This document shows, piece by piece, positions 53,095 through 64,000 of a stretch of DNA of 64,000 nt. Both the position numbers and the translations under genes were made by a program. This DNA comes from Octopus vulgaris (Eukaryota), in assembly GCA_951406725.2 (NCBI GenBank), contig OX597825.1, positions 58,156,001-58,220,000 on the forward strand, in the 5' to 3' direction. The notes under the pieces were generated by a model. The model had not been told where the DNA came from and made no database searches. It saw nothing but the letters and a program-made list of their open reading frames with translations. Each line of letters begins with the position of its first letter. Positions within the stretch are counted from its first letter, which is position 1.

Positions 53095-55304
53095 TATGAA
53101 TTAAACTTATATATATATACATATACACACATATACACACAAACATGTATAGTGTGTGTCCAATAGTTAAAATATGAACATATCTAGGTATAACATTTTT
53201 ATCATCATCATCATCATCACGGAGATGGCCATGAGTACCTTCACCCATTTTATTATTACTAGAAATGAGTAAAGTGACTTAAGGCCATTCCTGTATATAT
53301 GTGTGTGTATATATATATATATATACACATACATACATGTGGATATACACATGCATATATCTACATATATATATTTGAGTGTATGTATACACGTATGTAT
53401 AGACATGTAAATATATACATAAATGTACGTATATACATGTATGTGTATATATTTATATACATGCATGTATGTGTGTATATACACATGTAGGTATAAATAT
53501 GTATATATATATATGTGTGTGTATATGTATATCTATATATGTGACTATGTTTATATATATATGCATATGTATTAGTCAGTAAATGGTGGGGTTGTGTTAT
53601 ATATATGCATACATGTATATATATATATATATATGTGTGTGTGTGCATGTGTATATATGTATGTGTGTGTGTGCATGTGTATATATGTATGTATATATAT
53701 ATATGTGTATGTATATATATGTATGTATATATACTCTTTTACTTGTTTCAGTCATTTGACTGTGGCCATGCTGAAGCACCGCCTTTAGTTGAGCAAATCG
53801 ACCCGGGACTTATTCTTTGTAAGCCTAGTACTTATTCTATTGGTCTCTTTTGACAAACTGCTAAGTTACGGAGATGTACACACCAGCATCGATGTTGGGG
53901 GGACAAACATACACACACATATATATATATATATATATACAACAGGCTTCTTTCAGTTTCCGTCTACCAAATCCACTCACAAGGCTTTGGTCAGCCTGAG
54001 GCTATAGTAGAAGACACTTGCCGAAGGTGCCACTCAGTGGGACTGAACCCGCAACCATGTGGTTGGTAAGCAAGCTACTTACCACACAGCCACCCTATGA
54101 TGTTTCTACTCTACTTAATCATTTCAATACTCTATAATTACCTTTATAAAAACCTAAATTGTTGTACCCATATAAAGCCATACTTAGCTTATAAAAAAAC
54201 AGTATAGGTATCTTCAAAATTTAAAAATTAAAATGCCAAAATTAAACTGCCTTAATTAAGATTTAACTAATTTGTAATATATTTGTTCCCTCACCTAAAT
54301 GTTAAATCTCCATGATAGCCTTATATATTAACCTTTTACAAAAAAATGACAATGTTCAAAATAGTTTTGGGAATTAAGTTTTTATCCCTTTCTTAAAATG
54401 TTCCATCCCCTTAATTTTGATATTTATATTGATTTTAAATAGCCCTTCCAATTAAGTACGCCTAAGAAACTGTAATATTATTTATAGATTAACACAAATA
54501 ACTTTGTAATCTATATCATACCTCTTATGGTTGACTTGTCCTCTTAACAAAAATTATCTTTTCAACAAATACCGAGGTTCAGCCCTGATTATAGTAAACT
54601 TCATAAGCTAATTTTCTAGCTCATAAATTATTATACATTTTCTATATAAACTTGTTATTTGAGTTAATAAGGTATAAATGTTTTATTTTTTATTATGGTT
54701 TTTAGTGATTAGTCTATTTTATTCCTTTTCCATGATGCTCTATCCTAACTGATCCTTTTATTATTGTTGTTATTGTTATTTTTATGGCAGCCTTAAATAA
54801 ATCTAATCTTTGTACCCCTATTAATTCATGCTCAGTTTATATAAGTTAATACTGGTATCTCCACAACTTAAAATTAGTTCAACTTTAATTAAATCAGTAT
54901 ATAGTTGACATGTTCTTTAACCTCAGTTGCCCTTATTAAATATTAGTTAAATCCAATTGATCAATCTCCATAGAAACCTAATAATAAGTGAATATTTTAG
55001 AAAAGAAATAAGTATATAAATATCAATCTATTTCTTTGCGATTTTCTTTTACCTCCCTCTATTATGGTTAAAAGAATTTGGTATATACTCAAAAGTGGTA
55101 TCCTATTTGTTAAAATTCTCATTCTTAATAATCTTGTTGATTACCCTAAAAATTTTTTTAACCCTATACAGTATGATAACATTGTTTGAAATGATCTTTT
55201 TAAAAATTACCTGATTTTTCTTTTTCTCAAAAATAACTTTTCTAAATAAGTATCAATTAGAAATATGAATATCATGTAGGGTGTAATAATAATTAACTTC
55301 TTAA

Positions 55305-55524
55305 CCCTTTAGCATTCAAATTAATATGTCAAAAGTAATCTTTATTCATTTACATTTTAAAAAATTAATCTGGTTTTATCTTGTAGCTTCAAGATTTGAA
55401 AGATGTAATTGTTTATTTTTAGAATGACATTGCAGGGTAGGTGTGAGATACTGGTTCTGGCCAGTTTGAGCATAAAATGAGTAGAATATTTGGGCCGGAT
55501 ATAGCCGGTTTAAACACTAAAAGG
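55305..55524. mobile_element. piggyBac-type MITE
   Basis: TTAA on both sides (55301-55304 and 55525-55528); imperfect TIR CCCTTTAGCATT / AACACTAAAAGG. Confidence 0.8.
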
Positions 55525-55760
55525 TTAAACCTATGATATAACCCTTAATTTTACAAAAAGATTAGTTAAAAGTAGAATTGTTCGATAACTTAATTATTCC
55601 TTTAGCCGATACCAAATATCAGTCTTTTATAGATATTATTTTAACAAGTAAATATAATTTTTAGTCTAATATATTTTGAATTATTAAACTTTTTTCTAAA
55701 AATCTTCTCTATTGGTGTTAACAACCTAAATATACTTTACCATAGTATTAGTAATTAAAC

Positions 55761-56148
55761 TGAGGCACAATAGCCCAGTGGTTAGGGCAGCGGACTCGCG
55801 GTCATAGGATCGTGGTTTCGATTCCCAGACCGGGCGTTGTGAGTGTTTATTGAGCAAAAAACCTAAAAGCTCCACAAGGCTCTGGCAGGGGATGGTGGTG
55901 ATCCCTGCTGTACTCTTTCACCACAACTTTCTCTCACTCTTACTTCCTGTTTCTGTTGTACCTGTATTTCAAGGGGCCGGCCTTGTCACTCTCTGTGTCA
56001 CGTTGAATATCCCCGAGAACTACGTTAAGGGTGCACGTGTCTGTGGAGTGCTCAGCCACTTACACGTTAATTTCACGAGCAGGCTGTTCCATTGATTCGG
56101 ATCAACCGGAACCCTCATCGTCATAACCAACGGAGTGCTTCCAAAAAA
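55761..56148 (+). mobile_element. Full-length tRNA(Arg)-derived SINE with 11-bp TSD
   Basis: Near-identical to 34019-34406; TSD agtaattaaac at 55750-55760 and 56149-56159. Confidence 0.92.
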
Positions 56149-57076
56149 AGTAATTAAACCATTTTACCCCTTTTCTATGATGTTCTACCCATGATTATTT
56201 TATTTTATTTTATTTTTAAAATTAGCCTTTATTTATTTATTTATTTGTAAAATTATTCTAAGTCTTTTGTCTCTATAAATTCCATACTCAGCTTATATAA
56301 AGCTATTCTGAAATATTCACTACTTACAATAAAAAAAAATCTGCTTAGACTAAAATTGTTAATATATAATTAGCATGTTCTTTTACCTAAATACTCCTTT
56401 ATTAATACCAGTAAATATCATTTAATCAATATTCAAAGATATCATCTGATGAGTTAGTATTTAAGTGTATAAATATTAAACTATTTCTATATTTTCTTTT
56501 CCTCCCTCTATTTTGGTAAAAGTTTGATATATACTAAAAAGTATTCATAAATATTCTTCTTAATAATCTTTTGAATAACCCTAAACTTTATCTGTATACA
56601 ATATAGCAGCATTGTTTTATAGTAGTTAACTGTAGCACTACATGATAAGACTTCTCCAGTCCCATTATCAATGGTCTGCTAGTGGGCGATCCCTTAATTA
56701 TCAACTAACATCTTGTTTTAAGTATTCTCTTACTAAACCTCTTGACATTGCTTCAAATAATTCTTGATTTTATGACTATGCAATTTAGAATGTCTGTCTA
56801 CTCCACCAACTCTACCCCAAACAGATACTACCCTCTGTCTTCTCTCAGCCTTAAATATACAAAGGATTTGATAAACTAGTCTATAAATTAAAACTGCCCC
56901 CCCCCCGTAATAAAACTAAATAACAGTGACAGGCAGTGTCTTCTTGAAAAGAATAACAGTTACAACTATGATGTTGTTGGTAAAACATATTCGTTGTCTA
57001 TCTCCTTATCTTCTTGGAGATTTTAGGTAAAATTATACTAATGTTTCCTTCTAATTTAATTAAATTCTATGTCTTT

Positions 57077-57170
57077 GTGCAGCTGAAGATTGCTCTACAT
57101 TTTAAATTGATGTAATGAAATTATTGCATTGTTCAATTAAATGGAGTTGCATGAAACGATCGTACTGCAT
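57077..57170 (+). ncRNA. Type I hammerhead ribozyme, intact core (copy of the 13132 family)
   Basis: GTGCAG-CTGAAGA-stem II-GAAA-CGATCG-TA-CTGCAT. Confidence 0.8.
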
Positions 57171-57217
57171 TACCTCTGGATATCTTCATTGCTTATTTTG
57201 ATATACATATGTATATG

Positions 57218-57253
<36 letters not shown>

Positions 57254-57260
<7 letters not shown>

Positions 57261-58235
57261 AAATGGAAAGATGAATTATCTTGTTACGGATTATTCAAAA
57301 GTTTAACCGATACCTGGGTAGCAAAAATCACAGCAGAAAAAACACGGTTGGAGTTATGACAATAGGGTGTTGCAACCGTGCGTTGGCACGGATAATTGAA
57401 GTTTAATATAATTAGTGAATGGAAGAAATGGAGCTGAACGAAGATTCTACAGAATTCCTTTTATTACATTCTACACATGTTTCAAAGGCCACAAATTTCC
57501 AAATTCTGATTGAATAAGGATACCATATTGCAGCTTTCTCTTCAGGAAAATCCAGGAATTACGATGTCCAAACAAAACAAAAGCGCAGCAAGCAACTCGA
57601 ACAAGAACGCTCCCTAGGAGCCCATGAAGTGGGGTAAACTGTTTCTCAATGTACGTTGGTGGAGGCCGACAAAAAAGTCCGTTGGAATAAATCAAGGTCA
57701 GGCCGCGGTCAAATCTGGTAGGTGAGGAAATAATGAAAACAAGGGGTGTGAAGATATTCTGTGTAACCAAAGTTAATGCTCTGAATATTTTAAGAATTCA
57801 GGGTGTCTTATTTAGGTGCGAGAAACTACCTACTTACATGCCTGTGTGTGTATGTAAGCCTATGTATGCGTGGCCGTATGGTGGCGAGATAGTGAGCACT
57901 GCTGAAAGAAGCCGGTCAGGCGGCTGAGATAATTCTGTGTTCATGTGTCCGTCAGTGGCCTGCTTGTCTAAATTAACCTCGTCAAAAATCAGGGGGGTAT
58001 AATTCCTGCCCTTGCTTCTAAAAAACCGACCAATCGCCCAATCGGGTTGCTTGCTGCGCTTTTGTTTTGTTTGGACATCGTAATTCCTGGATTTTCCTGA
58101 AGAGAAAGCTGCAATATGGTATCCTTATTCAATCAGAATTTGGAAATTTGTGGCCTTTGAAACATGTGTAGAATGTAATAAAAGGAATTCTGTAGAATCT
58201 TCGTTCAGCTCCATTTCTTCCATTCACTAATTATA
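57254..58235. mobile_element. Non-coding element with inverted duplication, each arm holding a hammerhead
   Basis: 57408-57597 is the reverse complement of 58045-58235; bounded by (TA)n. Confidence 0.85.
58091..58175 (+). ncRNA. Type I hammerhead ribozyme (mirror copy at 57468-57549, minus strand)
   Basis: ttc-CTGAAGA-GAAAGCTGCAA..TTGTGGCCTTT-GAAA-CATGTG-TA-gaa. Confidence 0.7.
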
Positions 58236-59644
58236 TATATATATATATATATCATCTTCTTCTTAATGTCATCGACATCATCTCTCTACGTACACAGCTC
58301 AGCCAACACTGCACAGGCTCCAACATAGCACTGTTTGTGAATTACTTCATCGTAGTTAACAGCAAACATACAACCTGCAAGAACTTCTGTACAAATGACT
58401 CAGGTAGCAGCATTACAGCAACAACTTCATGTATGAGATGTATGGCAACCAGCTTCGCATCATCGCCACAACTTCTTGGTACAGTATTTCAATCACCATG
58501 TACGATTGGCTATGAAACTGGTATTTCTCATTCTTGTGTCTCTGGATATTTGTCTAACTTCTCATTATAGATTCTTTCGCTGTCATAATGATGGCATTTT
58601 AAACCTGGTACTTATTCTATCCATCTGTTTTAATGAACCATGAACCACTAAGCTATGGGGATGTAAACACATCAGTATCAGTAATCGAGCAGAGGTGGTG
58701 GACAAACACAGACAAAAAGACACACACTCACATACATATACAATGGGCTTCTTTCAGTTTTCATCTACTAAATCCACTAACAATGCTTTGGTTGGCCTGA
58801 GGCCATAGTAGAAGACACTTGCCCAAGGCACCATGCAGTGGAACTGAACCCAAAACCATGTGGTTAGGAAGCAAGCTTCTTACCACAGAGCCATACTTGC
58901 ATTTTGTGAAGTATTTTAAATATTATGCACTTTATTTTTTTCATATATGCATTAACATTGTTATTGCATTTAAGTCATGTTCTTATCAATTAATAAACAA
59001 ATTAAGATATTTTTAATTACTATTAATTTTTTTTTCCTGTGATTATATAGTATTAAAATTTACAGTATTTTTTCTTTGTGATTTTATTTTAGTTCACTTA
59101 ATAAATCAAGACTACTATCAGAAATATATGAAGTTTGAGATTTAAGGAGGCCATGTTATTTATGCTTCAAACAAGTATCAAACAACAGTTGGGAGTGGTG
59201 TGTCATTCATTGATTTTCTATACATTGTATTTCCTTTGTGTCGTTTATTTTCTCTTGTTCAATTCATACCTTTATGATGTTTGTTTGTGACTAGAGTCTT
59301 TTGTGAATGAGATATTGAATATATCTTCTCTTCTATTCATTACCATCGCTTTATACGTTCCCAACACACTATTTTTCTCCGTGTCTTACAAGCGAAGTAC
59401 AGTTGTTGTTGCTGTTGTTTAGCCTAAGATCAGTCGCCTTGATGTAACAGATATTCAAAAGTATTGAACAGCCTGTCTTTGCTTTTCATTTTCACCTATA
59501 TGCAGTGTCAGATTTAGATGAAGACAGGACCTAGGCTATTCCATGTACAAAGCCTCTCTCATTCCCCAACTCTCATGATTAGAATTATATACACACATTG
59601 GTTGGAGGTCCCTTAGATTTTAAGACCCTATGCATCAGCCTGCC

Positions 59645-60705
59645 AAACCATGTAGATAAATCAGATTTTGTTAAATTTCTTTCAATCATCTGAAGTACAG
59701 AGTACAACAAAAAGGTTGCCCCAATTTCAAAGGTTGATAAAAAAAACAAACAAACACATTAAGATGCATGAAAAGACTTTGTATTTCTATGAAGTTCATT
59801 AAATGCCATTTATTTCTATATCAAGTAGTATCCACCATGGCCTGGAGTGGAGAGCATTGATTTTTCTTGTATCTTCACGTGTTTGTTTTTTATTAACCTT
59901 TGAAATCAGGGCAGCCTTTCTGCTGCACCCTGTAGTTCAAAATTTCACCTGATTTTTGTTTTTGAATTTTTTTCACCGATGAAGTTTTTCATGCTGATGA
60001 CAAAAATCTCATCATTTTTTTTCTAGAAATTAATCTTAAAGAGGTTACAAGCATTTAAAGTTATGTGAGTTTAACCAATAGTAAACCTCCATTGCCAGCT
60101 TATCAGAAGCTGCAGCTGCCTGAAGTCATGGCAATCATATTTTATTGTTGTTTGCTTATGTGTGAATAGGAAAATTAAAATATTATGGAACCTTAAATGC
60201 TTTTTTGAAAGGTATTTAACAAAAGGAAATTATTTTTGTTCTTGAAATTGTGCTATGCATTTAAAAGGTTTTTCAAACACTGACAAAATAGTGCTATACA
60301 TTCAAATAGTTTTTCAAATATGTCACACTTATCAAACATGCAGTGCTCTATGAACTTGCATGAACTCCTAAGAGAATGGGTTCCCCCTTCCAGTAATGTG
60401 CCTTTTCTCACAAACACAGACCCTCGGTGTTTTCTTTTGCTACAATGTCAATATATGCTACCATAACAACAGACATTTGTGACTTCTGATATGTTGGCAA
60501 TGGAGGCTTTGCATTGGTTAAGATTATATATATCTTTAAATCCCTGTAACTTCTTTATTATTAATTTCTTGAAAAAAATGAATGCGATTTTCATCAGCTT
60601 GAAAAAGTACATCAAAACTACATTTTGAAAAAATAATCTGGTATAAATTGAGCTACTTCAAGTAATTGGAAGAAATTTAACAAGGTCTAGTAAATCTGGA
60701 CATAC
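59645..60705. mobile_element. Old foldback/MITE-like element with long degenerate inverted repeats
   Basis: 59650-59697 pairs with 60652-60702, and 59978-60110 pairs with 60481-60613. Confidence 0.65.
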
Positions 60706-60795
60706 ATAATGTATTTGGAGACTAGATTATGTGAGATGTCTAAGTTTATGTACCTCATAGCTAGACAGGCTCAGAAGAAAAGCTGTAGTATTTAA

Positions 60796-61157
60796 GTGCC
60801 GGTGACATGTAAGAGAACCATCGGAACGTGGCCGTTGCCAGCGCCGCCCCGACTGGCCTTGTGCCGGTGGCACATAAAAAGCACCATCCGTTCGTGGCCA
60901 TTGCCAACCTCGCCTGGCCCCCGTGCCGGTGGCATGTAAAAAGCACTATCCGATCGTGGCTGTTTGCTGAACTCGTCTGGCACGTAAAAAGCACCCACTA
61001 CACTCATGGAGTGGTTGGCGTTAGGAAGGGCATCCAGCCGTAGAAACATTGCCAGATCAGACTGGGCCTGGTGCAGCCTTCTGGCTTCCCAGACCCCAGT
61101 TGAACCGTCCAACCCATGCCAGCATGGAAAGCAGACGCTAAACAATGATGATGATGA
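60796..61157 (+). mobile_element. SINE-like repeat with internal GTGGCACGTAAAAAGCAC units and (GAT)n tail
   Basis: Second copy at about 63386-63724; shared GGAAGGGCATCCAGCC..CCAACCCATGC tail. Confidence 0.8.
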
Positions 61158-61801
61158 TTATTATTATTATCATTAAAATATTAATACTAAATCAATATAT
61201 ATGTACATTTTAATTGTTAAATTTATCTTATAAGCATTTTGCAATGAGACAGGGAGCCTGGCTGAAATTGTCACATTTGAATAATATTAACAATGACTTA
61301 GCTGTTGATTCAAGAAAGAGCGAGTGAGTTGTTGATTCATGAACAACAGCAAAGAAATGGAATGATATTTGGGAATGTATTTTAAATATACAACAGACAC
61401 TGAAAATGGATATTGAGCCTTGTGCAAACTAAGTTTACACACCATTTGTGTGTATATATATGTGTATATATGTGTATATATGTGTATATGTACATATGTA
61501 TGTATATGCATGTGTATGTGTGTGCATATGTATGTGTATATGTATGTCTGTGTATGCATATATGTGTGTGTATATATGTGTATGTGTGTATGTATATATG
61601 TGTATATGTGTGTGGGAGTCTATATGTGGTGGAAATGTGTGTGTGTATATATATATGTGTGTGTGTATGTATATGCATATATTTCTATGTATGCATATAT
61701 GTATGTATATATGTATATTTATGTATGTATATATATATGTATATATATATACACACACACACACATATATATATATATACACACACACACACATACATAC
61801 A

Positions 61802-62659
61802 CAGGGTGTGGTGAATAAATCGTTATCTAAATTAAACAAAAAAGGAAAATAACACTGACATTTCATTTAACAGATATATTTACGAAAATTACAGAAAGAT
61901 ATCTTGAAATACTAATGAGTAAATTTATTCAATAAAATCACCTTTGGCTTCAACCAAGGATTCCAGACAACTTCAAAATCTCCTGCAACTCTTCTGGACA
62001 GTCTCCTTGTTTAAGTTAGTAAATGCTGCAATAATCCTTGCCTTCAGTTCATGTTTGGTTATATAAGGAGCTTTGTTGCTCTATCTCTCTCGATTGTGCC
62101 CCACACATTACAATCAAGGGGGTTGCAGTCTGGGGAGTTGAGTGGTGATGTGTTTGCAGAAATTATATGGTAGCTATGACTGGATTTTCCTATATGTGTA
62201 GCATGGTGCAGAGTCTTGTTGTCAGACATAGGGTTTTCCAGCAGCCACCCTCTTGACCCAAGGCTATCTCCTCCAGGCACTTGATACAGGCCTCCATGTT
62301 GTGTGTGAGGCTGTATGGGAAGATGAATGAAGGCATAACATCGCCATCACTAGTGATCACTCCAAATACCATGATGTTGACTGGATGTTTGATTTTTATC
62401 ACTCTCGATACCTGTTCATATTGGTACATTTTTGAATTGGAGCTTCCGGCACTTCATATTGGAGCTTTCAGTATGAATGCCAAACAGTACAGTATGTCAT
62501 TTCCAAATTTCTGACAGAGTGAATTGTGTCATGGTGCTGTTTTTCTTACAGATGGTGCCCAAATAACCCTACTATACAGTGTAGTCAACAAAATTAAGAA
62601 CAATGTGCATACACGAAATAAAAAATATAAAATGGCGACAAGTTACCCATCACACATTG
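61802..62659 (-). mobile_element. DD37D (maT)-like transposon derivative
   Basis: PVNIMVFGVITSDG, NSPDCNPLD; both TIR-like ends present; homologous to 15587-16310. Confidence 0.82.
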
Positions 62660-62785
62660 TATATATATATATATATATATATATTGGTAAAACGGTAAGA
62701 TAACAAAAGAAAGAAAGAGACCTCAATATTATGTAAATAGAGGAAATTTATCTATACAATGATATGTTACATTACTCGATAGTCA

Positions 62786-62848
62786 AGATAAAACTCTGAG
62801 TTTCAGATGCCGAAGTGGAAATCCACAACACCATCTCTTTGGTTATCT
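62786..62848 (-). ncRNA. Hammerhead-like fold with mutated core
   Basis: Stem I AGATAA/TTATCT, core CCAAAGA, stem II GATGGTG/CGGCATC, GAAA, stem III ACTC-a-GAGT, U at position 17. Confidence 0.5.
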
Positions 62849-63151
62849 GGCTATATATATATATATATGTATATGTGTGAGTGTGTGTATGTGTGTGCAT
62901 GTATGTGTGTGTATGTATGGATGTGTGTGTATGCATGTGTGTGTGTGTATGTAAGACCCGGCTAGCTAAGTGAGATCGTAGCCATAGCGATGTCATTGTC
63001 ACGTAACTGTCCCGTTTAAAAGTACACTTCAATTGTCAGGCAATATGCTGTGCTTGAGAAAACCTGTTGTGTCAAGTGAAATCATCATCGTGGCTGATGC
63101 CAGTGCTGCCTGACTAGCACCAATGCTGATGGTACATAAAAAACATATAGG

Positions 63152-63384
63152 GTGGTGAGCTGGCAGAAAACGTTAGCACGCCGGGCGAAATTTCTAGCAG
63201 TATTTCGTCTGCCGCTACCTTCTGAGTTCAAATTCTGCCAAGGTTAACTTTGCCTTTCATCGTTTCGGGGTCAATTAAATAAGAACCAGTTACGCACTGG
63301 GGTCAATATAATCGACTTAATCCGTTTGTCTGTCCTTGTTTGTCCCTTCTGTGTTTAGCCCCTTGAGGGTAGTAAAGAAATAGG
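63152..63384 (+). mobile_element. Nin/Deu-domain SINE nested in the GTGGCACG-type repeat
   Basis: Matches the 26087 family. Confidence 0.85.
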
Positions 63385-64000
63385 TACATAAAAAGCATCA
63401 TTCGAGAGTGGCTGATGCCAGAGTCAGTGGCACGTAAAAAGCACCATTCGAAAGTGGTTGATGCTTGTGCCATGTGACTGGCTTTCATGCCGGTGCTATG
63501 TAAAGAGCACCATTTAAGCATGGTCGTTGCCAGAGCCGCCTGACTGGCACGTAAAAAGCACCCCTAGATTCTTGGAGTGGTTAGTATTAGGAAGGGCATC
63601 CAGCCATAGAAACCTCCTTGCCAGATCAGATTGGAGCTTGGTGCAGCCTCCTGGCTTGCTAGTCCTCAGTCAAACCGTCCAACCCATGCTAGCATGGAAA
63701 GCAGACGTTAAACAATGATGATGATATGTGAGAGCATGCACATATGTTTGTGTGCATGCATATGTGTGTGTGGGGGGGGCATGTGTGTGTGTGTGTAATA
63801 AGGTTACCTGAAATCAGCAGACATCCCACTGGTCATCTTCCGACAGGTCAGTAATACTGACCACTCCAAAGTATTCCATTTCTTTATTCTCTCTATACTT
63901 AACTCTCCCTCCCCCTATGTTCTCAATTACTATTTTCATATTTACTTTTACTTTCAGTTTTATTTCATTTTCTCCCTTCTTTTTCTTCTGCTGCTTTTTC

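Larger units (their letters stand above)
54090..56620 (-). mobile_element. Highly degraded, tandemly duplicated element, probably Penelope-like
   Basis: 55040-55190 resembles 56490-56615 and 54170-54300 resembles 56270-56390; weak Penelope-like peptides on the minus strand. Confidence 0.4.

Noticed and set aside
54090-56620. Possible mitochondrial insertion (NUMT), suggested by extreme AT content and strand skew
   Set aside because: No recognisable mitochondrial gene, rRNA or tRNA motif; internal duplication and weak Penelope-like peptides fit a decayed retroelement better.
60805-60995. CRISPR-like repeat-spacer pattern (GTGGCACGTAAAAAGCAC)
   Set aside because: Eukaryotic context, spacers resemble each other, no cas genes; internal tandem repeat of a SINE-like element.

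Overview
AT-rich, microsatellite-dense animal genomic DNA. The SINE, Dong/R4, RTE, Penelope and Helitron content points to a cephalopod, most likely Octopus (inference). There are two genes. (1) The 3' ten coding exons (1512-22126, +) of an adhesion GPCR with GAIN/GPS domain (CNHL|TSFALLM), 7TM and a C-terminal TKL. These splice with GT-AG sites and consistent phases into about 502 aa; the 5' end lies upstream of the window. (2) A single-ORF Lark/RBM4-like RNA-binding protein (47635-48516, +) with one RRM and a CCHC knuckle. The rest is mostly mobile DNA: CR1, RTE and Dong/R4 LINE relics, mariner, DD37D and DD41D transposon relics, two Helitrons, a piggyBac MITE, several SINE families and degraded Penelope-like elements. 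The most notable signal is about a dozen type I hammerhead ribozyme folds from at least seven unrelated short repeat families, often in inverted or direct duplications next to (TA)n. One has a compensatory G3:C8 core swap and one is fused to a tRNA-derived Pol III head. Most ORFs in the supplied track are microsatellite artefacts.
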